This document shows positions 13,800-20,956 of a DNA stretch of 21,591 nucleotides, piece after piece. The translations under genes were made by a program, and so were the position numbers. The first letter of the stretch is position 1. Each line of letters opens with the position of its first letter. Origin of the DNA: a virus. The notes under the pieces were generated by a model, which saw only the letters and a list, made by a program, of their open reading frames with translations, ran no database searches and was not told the DNA's origin. The DNA lies in IMG/VR virus record IMGVR_UViG_3300030517_000001, positions 1 to 21,591 of that record; one strand, 5' to 3'.

Positions 13800-16700
13800 A
13801 TGCCCGGCTCAGAAGTAAGGATCCGTGTACTCTTTGATTCCGCCGTCGCCAAGGCGGCCGTCGCCGACTTCGCCCGCCAATCCACGACGGCAAACAAAGC
13901 CATCGCCGCCGAGGCACGGGTCGCCTCGACGGCCACACTGGGCCTGGCCCACGCCGTGCAGACGGTGGAGCGCGCGGCCGTCTCCGCCTCCCGTGCCCAG
14001 CTCCTCCATGCCCAGGCGTCGGCCAACGTCGCCAAAGCCTCCCGGATCACGGCGGAAAGCCTGGGGGCCGAGGCTGCGGCTGCCGCAAAAGCAACTGCGG
14101 CTTTTGAGCGTAAGACAGCCGTGCAGGCCCGCGCCGCCGACCGCGCCCTAGTCTCCGCCGACAATCGCATTAACCGTGACATGAGCTGGCTGGCACGGGA
14201 CGAGAAAGATGTCGGGAGTCGGCGGCGACAGATAGCGGGTCAAGCGGCGGGTGCCGCGACGACTGGCGGGGCCGCCGTGCTTGTTGGGCTGGGGGCCACG
14301 TTCGGCCCGATGTCCAACTTCGACCAGGACCTGCGGAACGTCAACTCGCTGGCAAAGGTCTCCGAGGCCGAGTTCAAAAAGCTGCATGATTCCGTTCTGG
14401 ACATCAGCAAGGACCCTCTCGTCCGGCAGATGCCCGCCGACCTCGCCAAAGGTCTGTACGACATCGTTTCGTCGGGCTATTCGGGCAAGCAGGCCCTCGA
14501 CCTACTGCGGGTCTCGGCGGTAGGCGCGGGCGCGGGCATGACCGACACGCTCACAGCGACGAAGGTGATGACTTCCGTACTTCAATCCGGCATCGGCGGC
14601 GTCACTTCGGCCTCTCAGGCAATGGACGTTCTTTTCCAGGAAGTCAATTTCGGGAAGAACACTTTCGAGGAGCTTGCCAGCCAGATCGGGCCGGTACTCC
14701 CTCTGGCCGCGAAGATGGGCGTGACCCTCCCCGAAGTCAGCGCGGCGCTTGCCACGATGACCCTGCAAGGCATCAGCGCGGGCGAGGCTTCCACGGAACT
14801 CAATCAACTCCTCATTCAGCTCAACACGAATAGTCCCCAGGCCGCCAAAGAGATGGACAAACTCGGCATCGTTCATGGCATGGCGGCGGTCCGGGCGGAA
14901 GGTCTGACCGGTGCGCTCAAGAATGTGATCGAGAAGACTCGGGGCCACGATGACGCCCTCCGGCACGTTTTTCCGCGCCTAGAGAGTTTCATCGGATACC
15001 TTGCCCTGTCCAAGAATAACGGGCAGGACTACACGGCCATGCTCGATCATATGGCACACGCCACTGACGGGCTGGGGGCAACCCAGGCCGCCGCCCAGGA
15101 GCAGGCGAAAGGCGCGGCGTTCCAGGCGGACAAGGTGAAGCAAGAGTACGAGCGGCTTGCCATAAGCGTCGGTGAAAAGCTGCTCCCCACTTTTCGAGAG
15201 CTTGGCCGCGAGGCCACTGCGGTTGCCGAGGCGTTTAATAAGCTGACTCCTGAGCAGCAGCAAGCCATCGTTCATGCCCTGGCATTCACGGCGGCCCTCG
15301 CACTCGGTGTTGGATTGCTGACGAAAACGGCTTTCGGCATCCGTGATCTGATGGAGGCGTTAAGTCTAGCCAAGATCTGGTTCGGGGCGCTTGGCGCGGC
15401 GGAAGGGGAGGCGGGCGCGGCGGGCCTGCTCGCCTTCGGGCCGGGCGCGGCCGTCGTTGTCGGGATCGCGGCCCTCGGCGTCGAGCTGATCGCTTTGAAG
15501 AATGATTGGGACGACGTGAAGCGGTCGGAGGACCAGGCCGCGAACTCCGCGATGGCCTACGCCGACAAGCTCAAAGCGCTCAAAGCCGGCACCAATCGGG
15601 ACGCGCTGATCGCCACCAAGAACGACCTCGGACGCGAGAGCGGCGACCTCAAAAGCGCGATGCTCGTCGCGGGCCAGATCAAGCCGCTGCCGGGCCAGAA
15701 CGCCCAGGACATGAAGATCGTCCGCGATGCCAGCCTGCGGAGTCAGCTCGGCGACAGTGGCTACGACACGGCCAACAACAGCTACCGGACGATGGCCGGG
15801 GCGCAGGCCCGTCTCAACGCGCTCCTGCCGGACCTGGCGAAAGTGACGAACGCCCTCCACGCGCAGACGCCCTCGGCCAACGCCGCGAACCGGATGGCGG
15901 ACACCCATGCAGACCAGCTCGCGCCGTATCAGGTCCCTCTCCTCAAAGCCGTCGGACAGTTCCACGATGCTTCGGTGCAGTGCGGCGAGTTCATCCGCAA
16001 GGGCGCGTCGGCGTTCGGCATGGTCGGCAACATCCAGAGCGCGGCCAATGCCGCCTTGAAGGGCAAGAACGTAGTCAAGAGCGACGGCGTGGACAGCCAC
16101 GGCGCACCGCGTTATCCGAATGGCACCGTGATCTACTTCGGGCATCATGGGGCGCAACACTTCGTTTCCACCTATGTCAACGATCGGGGCGAGCAGAAGG
16201 TCGTCGAGAACACCGAGGCGGGCCAGGGCAAGGGCCGCTGGCGCGTCCGGGCCGACCGCGATCTGTCCCGCATTGCGGCGGAGTTTCACGGCCACCAGGT
16301 CGCGTTTCACCTGCCCGGCGTGACGGGGCCGACCGCAGCGCAAGGCGGGCTACCCCCCACCAAATACAACGGCGGCACGTTCGGCGACGCCGGGCCGGAT
16401 AAGTCGGCGGCGGCCGCCCTGGTGGAGAAGGCGGGACTGGCGGCGGACGACGCCAAACGCGCCTACGAGCAGGCGACCAAAGCCTTCGAGGACACCAAAA
16501 GCGTTCATTATCTCGCCGCCGCCGAGTCCCTGCGCCACACACAGGCGACCCGCGAGATCGAGGAAGCCAGGGCGAACAGGGCGAAGGCCGACGCTGTGAA
16601 AGACCCCGAAACGGCGCCCAACGGGGTCGCCTTTGAGCGCAAGCGCCGTGACATCCTTGCTTCCGCCGCGAAGGACATCAAGGCGCTGGAGGAACAGGCG

Positions 16701-18956
16701 GGCGGGACGGCGGAAGATCACCGCAAGGCCGCCGCCGACCTCGCCGTCAACGTCCTCAACGGGCGCCTTGAATCGGCCAATCAAGCGGTCTCCCGGCTGG
16801 AAGCCCTCGCCGCCGTCTCGACCGACCCGAAGAACGCCGACGCGCTCCTGGCCGCCTACAAGACCCAGGCCCAGGCACAGATGGAACTCCTACGGGCGAC
16901 CCTCAAACACACGCTGGCCGACATCCCCAACACGCCGGGGAGGCAGACCCAGCGCCAGGCATTGGTCTCAGGCGAACAGACGCAGGAGCTAAGGGTCATG
17001 GGCGATCTGGCGACCAAGACGGCAGAGGTAGACACGCGGCGCATCGAAGCCAGTCAACGGCTTTTGACACTCCAAAGAGAGCAGGCGGCGGCTTCTCAGG
17101 CGGAACAAGACGCGCTCCTCGCGGCGGCTCAAATCGAGGCTGAACGCCAGCCTTTGCGGGAAGAGATTCATCAGGCGAAATTGAAGGAGCTGAATGCGAC
17201 CCGACGCATGGCGCTCCTCGACAGCGACGCCAAATACAGGCCCCTCCTGGACCGGGCGACCCCGGACACGCGGCCCGGCCTCGAAACTCAGAGCAACGCC
17301 GCCGCCAGGCGGATCAACGAGAATTACGGCACTGCCGTCGGCGCGGAGAACATCGCGTTCGGCACGCAGGAGCGGGAAGCGGCCAACGCCGCCATCTCGA
17401 CCCGCGCCGACCGACTGCGGACCGAGGCGGGCCTGACCGACGACCTGACCGCGAAGATGGCGAAGCTGGCCCAGGCGTATGACCTGATGATCGGCGTCGA
17501 ACCGGACCCGGCGGCGGCGGGGCTAATGCGCCAGCAGAAACAGGACGAGCAGGACAAGCTCGGCTTGCGCCGGGACGCCGACGCCGCCCAGCGTTCCCTT
17601 GCCGGCGGGATGGTTGCCAATGACCCAGCCGCGATCACCGCCGCGCTGGACGCCCTGAAGGCGCTGACGACCGACGCCCGCGCCAACCGCGAGGAACAGG
17701 CGTCGGCACGGGGCGAGTACGGGACGGCGATCCGGGACCTGACCGAGCAGCTCCGCCTGTCGCCGCGCGAGGCGGTCTCCCGGATCAACGACGAGCGCCC
17801 GAACATGACGGCGGGCGAGCTGGCCTCGGCGACGGCGGCGGCGAAGTCCATCCTGGACGGGATGCTGGATCGCAGCTTCACGAGCATTGACACCCTGCAC
17901 GACCCCCGCGACCGCAAGCGCGCGCTGGACGGCCTGAAGAAGTCCGTGGACGCCGATCCGGTCTACCGGGCGGCGGGCGTCACCGGCGACGCCGACAAGA
18001 AGATCACCGAGCGGATCGCCTCGACCTTGAAACGGTCGGGCATCGTGGACGAGTTCATGGGCGAGCTGTCGGCGGGCGCGGGCCGGGCGTCCTCGGGCGT
18101 TGTCCACGCCCTGCTCAATCCGAAGGACCGCAAAAACATCGGCAAGGCGTTCTGGGCGGACATCGCCAGCGCCGCCGAGGGCGCATTGGGGAACGTCGTG
18201 CAGAAGGAGGTCACGCACGGCCTGGAGGGCCTGCTGGGGGCCGGGACGGACGCGCTGGGGAACATCGTGGGCGGACACAAAAAGCGGACGCCGGGCAGCC
18301 TGGCCGACCCCAGCCAGGCGAAGTCTGATCCTAAGAGTGCCGGGGGCGCATCCGCGACAGGCGGGGCGCTGGGCAGCATCACCGGCATCCTGGGGCCACT
18401 GCTGGGAGACAAGGGCAGGACGGGCGACGCGCGGGTCGTGGACACCATGCACGTCGCCAACCTGGTCGTCGCCGGGACCACGGGCAAGCCGGGCGTCAAG
18501 CCGGGCGGCGTCGCCGGCGCGGACAGCGGCGTCGCCGGGGACATCGGGACGGGCCTCGGCATCGCCTCCCTCCTGGCCGGTCCACTGTTCGGCGCGGGCG
18601 CGGGCGCGGCGGTCAGCGGCATCTCCTCGATCTTCGGCAGCATCGGCAGCCTGTTCCACTTCGCCGAAGGCGGCATCGTGCCGGGGCCGGCGGGCGCGGG
18701 CGATGTGATCCACGCGCTGCTGTCTCCCGGTGAGGCCGTCATCCCCGCCGCGCGCGTCCGTGCGTTCCGGGACGCCGCACCGACCGCCCGCGCGTTCCGG
18801 CTGCCGGAGGGCAGCGACCAGGGCACACAGGCGCAGGCGCAGACCGTCAACTACGAAGCTCACTACCACCAGCCCGTCTTCCACAACGCCGAAGACATTG
18901 ACCGTGAGAACCGCCGCAACGCGCAGCGGCTCAGGACCGCCTTCACTGTCGGCTGA
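13800..18956 (+). CDS. Tail tape-measure protein (TP901/PhageMin_Tail-type core) with internal CHAP/NlpC-P60-like domain, 1718 aa
   Basis: Core is DLRNVNSLAKVSEAEF...GLYDIVSSGYSG...AMDVLFQEVNFGKNTFEELASQIGPVLPLAA...ATMTLQGISAGEASTELNQLL. Hydrophobic Gly/Ala segments and long coiled coils follow. C-terminal FAEGGIVPGP...LSPGEAVIPA motif. Confidence 0.85.
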   Translation: MPGSEVRIRVLFDSAVAKAAVADFARQSTTANKAIAAEARVASTATLGLAHAVQTVERAAVSASRAQLLHAQASANVAKASRITAESLGAEAAAAAKATAAFERKTAVQARAADRALVSADNRINRDMSWLARDEKDVGSRRRQIAGQAAGAATTGGAAVLVGLGATFGPMSNFDQDLRNVNSLAKVSEAEFKKLHDSVLDISKDPLVRQMPADLAKGLYDIVSSGYSGKQALDLLRVSAVGAGAGMTDTLTATKVMTSVLQSGIGGVTSASQAMDVLFQEVNFGKNTFEELASQIGPVLPLAAKMGVTLPEVSAALATMTLQGISAGEASTELNQLLIQLNTNSPQAAKEMDKLGIVHGMAAVRAEGLTGALKNVIEKTRGHDDALRHVFPRLESFIGYLALSKNNGQDYTAMLDHMAHATDGLGATQAAAQEQAKGAAFQADKVKQEYERLAISVGEKLLPTFRELGREATAVAEAFNKLTPEQQQAIVHALAFTAALALGVGLLTKTAFGIRDLMEALSLAKIWFGALGAAEGEAGAAGLLAFGPGAAVVVGIAALGVELIALKNDWDDVKRSEDQAANSAMAYADKLKALKAGTNRDALIATKNDLGRESGDLKSAMLVAGQIKPLPGQNAQDMKIVRDASLRSQLGDSGYDTANNSYRTMAGAQARLNALLPDLAKVTNALHAQTPSANAANRMADTHADQLAPYQVPLLKAVGQFHDASVQCGEFIRKGASAFGMVGNIQSAANAALKGKNVVKSDGVDSHGAPRYPNGTVIYFGHHGAQHFVSTYVNDRGEQKVVENTEAGQGKGRWRVRADRDLSRIAAEFHGHQVAFHLPGVTGPTAAQGGLPPTKYNGGTFGDAGPDKSAAAALVEKAGLAADDAKRAYEQATKAFEDTKSVHYLAAAESLRHTQATREIEEARANRAKADAVKDPETAPNGVAFERKRRDILASAAKDIKALEEQAGGTAEDHRKAAADLAVNVLNGRLESANQAVSRLEALAAVSTDPKNADALLAAYKTQAQAQMELLRATLKHTLADIPNTPGRQTQRQALVSGEQTQELRVMGDLATKTAEVDTRRIEASQRLLTLQREQAAASQAEQDALLAAAQIEAERQPLREEIHQAKLKELNATRRMALLDSDAKYRPLLDRATPDTRPGLETQSNAAARRINENYGTAVGAENIAFGTQEREAANAAISTRADRLRTEAGLTDDLTAKMAKLAQAYDLMIGVEPDPAAAGLMRQQKQDEQDKLGLRRDADAAQRSLAGGMVANDPAAITAALDALKALTTDARANREEQASARGEYGTAIRDLTEQLRLSPREAVSRINDERPNMTAGELASATAAAKSILDGMLDRSFTSIDTLHDPRDRKRALDGLKKSVDADPVYRAAGVTGDADKKITERIASTLKRSGIVDEFMGELSAGAGRASSGVVHALLNPKDRKNIGKAFWADIASAAEGALGNVVQKEVTHGLEGLLGAGTDALGNIVGGHKKRTPGSLADPSQAKSDPKSAGGASATGGALGSITGILGPLLGDKGRTGDARVVDTMHVANLVVAGTTGKPGVKPGGVAGADSGVAGDIGTGLGIASLLAGPLFGAGAGAAVSGISSIFGSIGSLFHFAEGGIVPGPAGAGDVIHALLSPGEAVIPAARVRAFRDAAPTARAFRLPEGSDQGTQAQAQTVNYEAHYHQPVFHNAEDIDRENRRNAQRLRTAFTVG

Positions 18957-19030
18957 GATAAATTCGGCTGAGGCACTCTAGGCAGTACGCAACAGACACT
19001 TTTATGGGTTTTCTGTGCTGCCTACGGTGT

Positions 19031-19064
19031 CCGGGCGGCAGACCCCTTTCGGTCTGCCGCCCGG
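19031..19064. terminator. Perfect 14-bp GC-rich hairpin after the tape-measure gene (no U-tract)
   Basis: ccgggcggcagacc / ggtctgccgcccgg with loop cctttc, between convergent transcription units. Confidence 0.45.
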
Positions 19065-19075
19065 AGGAAGTCAGC

Positions 19076-19140
19076 CAATTTTCTAATTTTCTCATGTCGG
19101 TCGAGCAATTCGGTTGAGCAATTTCGTAATTTTGTCATGC
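19076..19140. repeat. Two copies of a ~22-bp AT-rich motif CAATTT(C/T)(G/C)TAATTTT(G/C)T(C/T)ATG
   Basis: Copies at 19076-19096 and 19119-19140. A third copy is at 20340-20361 and a partial one at 19603-19613. Confidence 0.85.
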
Positions 19141-19173
19141 AGGTGGACGTCGCCGAAGCGGGCGGGAGGAGCC

Positions 19174-19197
19174 GCATTATTTGACGTCAAATAATGC
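19174..19197. repeat. Perfect 24-bp palindrome GCATTATTTGACGTCAAATAATGC, copy 3 of the 16-bp core
   Basis: Overlaps the last codons and the stop of the DUF488 gene (..LFDVK*). Confidence 0.95.
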
Positions 19198-19575
19198 CGG
19201 AAGCGGCGCGATGGTTGTCCCCGAGCTGACATCGCCGACAGACAGCTCAGGAACCATCACCCCCAGATGCTGCTCGAACCAGGTCGCCACGAGCCGGCGA
19301 TGACAAAATTCGCCCGGCTTCTCCCAGCACAGCAGGATGGGTTCATGCGGCTCGGCCAGGGCGTGCAGCGCGTCCCACGTTGCCTGTGGGTCCAGCTTGC
19401 TCAGGACCTCCTCGGCGAAGAGGGCGCGGTACTCCTCCTCGCTGACACTGTTGAACCACTTGCCGGGCGCGAGCTTCGAGAAGATGCGGTAGCCGGCGGG
19501 ATGCCGGCGCGGGGCCAGGCGCGCGATCGAGATCCGGCCCTCCATCGGGGTTGTCGAGAACGAGGCGGTTTTCAT
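19177..19575 (-). CDS. DUF488-family protein, 132 aa
   Basis: ISIARLAPRR...LAPGKW...EEYRALFAEEVLSKLDP...ILLCWEKPGEFCHRRLVATWFEQHLGV.VPEL matches my recollection of the DUF488 pattern. Confidence 0.65.
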   Translation of the reverse strand: MKTASFSTTPMEGRISIARLAPRRHPAGYRIFSKLAPGKWFNSVSEEEYRALFAEEVLSKLDPQATWDALHALAEPHEPILLCWEKPGEFCHRRLVATWFEQHLGVMVPELSVGDVSSGTTIAPLPALFDVK

Positions 19576-19698
19576 GCTCTTCTTCTTTCTTCTCTTTTGC
19601 TTTTGTAATTTTGCTTTCGTGACGGTCTCAAGCTTTTACTAGAGCTTTCAGATGAGGGCGGAGCCAGAGCGGTTGACCTGGCTCCGCGTCCTCTGGCC

Positions 19699-19998
19699 TT
19701 AACTCAACCTCCTTGTCTGTTTCCTCGCATACTGAGCGCCCAGATTGTAGGCACGGGCGCTTTCGGCACCCGCGACGGAGGCCCTGGCCGCCTCCAACTG
19801 ATGGCTGAAGGCTGGCGGGCGCGATGCCACCGGACCCTGCGCCCATTCCTCGACGTCCTGGAGGAAGTCGCTGAGGAACGTCGGCACGAGTGCGGTGATC
19901 GCCCGTTCCACCTCGGCCGGCGTGTAGAGGTCGCGGTCCTCCATAACAGCATGGGCTTCGTGGGCGGTCCTGGAGATCTCCTTTTCAGAAGGGTTCAT
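19699..19998 (-). CDS. Small protein paralog C, 99 aa
   Basis: Internal Met of ORF 19699..20304, with ATGA overlap to paralog B. Shares the H..M.D...Y[TS]..[QE]V..A motif. Confidence 0.55.
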   Translation of the reverse strand: MNPSEKEISRTAHEAHAVMEDRDLYTPAEVERAITALVPTFLSDFLQDVEEWAQGPVASRPPAFSHQLEAARASVAGAESARAYNLGAQYARKQTRRLS

Positions 19999-20231
19999 AC
20001 GGCCTTTCCCTTCTCGGCCCTCGTCTCGGCCTGGAGCGCCTTTTCCAGCTCGTCGGGGCGCTCGAACTCGAACTCGGTGACGTTCTCGACGAAGTGGCAG
20101 GCGGTGTGGCGAAGATAGGCTTCCAGGGCGCGGCGGACCTGGCCGACGGTGTATTGGTCCTTGTCCACCATGCAGTGATGGTAGCGGGCCGCTGCTTGGG
20201 CGAGGTCGCCGTCGCTGATCTCGATGGTCAT
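19995..20231 (-). CDS. Small protein paralog B, 78 aa
   Basis: Internal Met (MTIEISDGDL...) of ORF 19995..20282, with an AAGGAA RBS. Confidence 0.55.
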   Translation of the reverse strand: MTIEISDGDLAQAAARYHHCMVDKDQYTVGQVRRALEAYLRHTACHFVENVTEFEFERPDELEKALQAETRAEKGKAV

Positions 20232-20339
20232 TCTTCTTGTTCCTTTCTTCCTTTCCTCGTGGAAGGTCCGGTCTTCGTGCATGTTCTAGGAGGCGCCGGA
20301 CCACCTGGTCGTCGGTCCGGCGTGGGCAATCACGAGAAC

Positions 20340-20361
20340 CAATTTCGTAATTTTGTTATGC
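20340..20361. repeat. Third copy of the 22-bp AT-rich motif (CAATTTCGTAATTTTGTTATGC)
   Basis: 21/22 identical to 19119-19140. Lies in the intergenic gap between paralogs A and B. Confidence 0.85.
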
Positions 20362-20398
20362 TCCCAGAGGTTGGCCGGTCGGCGCTTCTTTTCGCTGC

Positions 20399-20620
20399 CT
20401 ATAAGATGCCCAGCGCCTCGTTGAACTCGGTAGGCCGGCACTCGGGATAGTCGCCCGTGACGCCCTCCGGGTAGGTGAGGAAGGTATTGAGCACTCCGGT
20501 GATGCTGGCGACGAAGGCAGCCCGGACCTGCTCGAAGCTGTAGGCGGCACCGTCCTCCATCACGCGGTGGGTCTTGCGCGCCCCGTCGGTGATCAAGTCT
20601 TCGCTGATGTCGAGTGTCAT
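20399..20620 (-). CDS. Small protein paralog A, 73 aa
   Basis: AAGGAG RBS. MTLDISEDLITDGARKTHRVMEDGAAYSFEQVRAAF aligns with paralogs B and C. Confidence 0.6.
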   Translation of the reverse strand: MTLDISEDLITDGARKTHRVMEDGAAYSFEQVRAAFVASITGVLNTFLTYPEGVTGDYPECRPTEFNEALGIL

Positions 20621-20758
20621 TGTCTCGGTCTCCTTTGTGCGGGTCGGTTTGCTTTCTCGAACGGTGATTGGTTTGCTTCCGGTTGGGCGGTAGGTTTCTG
20701 GTCGGAAATCTGGTTAGGAAAATGGGGTTAGCAGCGGACCCGCCAATCACTTGATCAA

Positions 20759-20956
20759 TCACTTGATGTAAAACACCTCCTCGGCGGGCTGGAAGGCGGC
20801 GAACGGCAGGGCCTCCCCCGTGGCCGTCAGGCGGTCGCTGAGGGCCTTCTTGTCCAGGTGGAGGGTCACGGCGTCCGGCAGGTGCTCTTGTGCCCAGGAC
20901 AGCGCGGCGGCGGGGTCGGTGACACTGACGGCGGCGGGCTTGGTGCGGTAGATCAT
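20759..20956 (-). CDS. Stand-alone Gam C-terminal-domain-like protein, 65 aa
   Basis: IYRTKPAAVSV...AALSWAQEH.PDAV...EEVFYIK aligns with GYRPSPSRLRI...AAVAWAKERSPEAV...EEVFYIR of the 198-aa Gam-like protein. ATGA overlap with the HNH stop. Confidence 0.55.
   Translation of the reverse strand: MIYRTKPAAVSVTDPAAALSWAQEHLPDAVTLHLDKKALSDRLTATGEALPFAAFQPAEEVFYIK

Noticed and set aside
13762-13800. Palindrome copy 2 as a conventional sigma70 promoter for the tape-measure gene
   Set aside because: TTGACG is present, but no acceptable -10 hexamer lies 16-18 nt downstream (AAGGAA is the RBS). I treat it as a binding site instead.
13184-14182. 332-aa minus-strand ORF spanning the VRR-NUC / tape-measure junction
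   Set aside because: Ala/Arg-rich shadow frame. It crosses an intergenic palindrome and two well-supported plus-strand genes.
15366-18884. Long alternative-frame ORFs inside the tape-measure gene (15366..16343 -, 15506..16402 +, 17523..18884 -, 17963..18850 -, 18100..18708 +)
   Set aside because: All are R/P/G/A-rich shadows of a GC-rich gene. The 1718-aa frame carries the TMP core and C-terminal motifs.
19119-19140. The 22-bp AT-rich motif as a sigma70 promoter on either strand
   Set aside because: Only the 20340 copy gives a passable extended -10 (TGtTATGCT) on the plus strand, where no gene follows. No consistent -35/-10 pair fits all copies.
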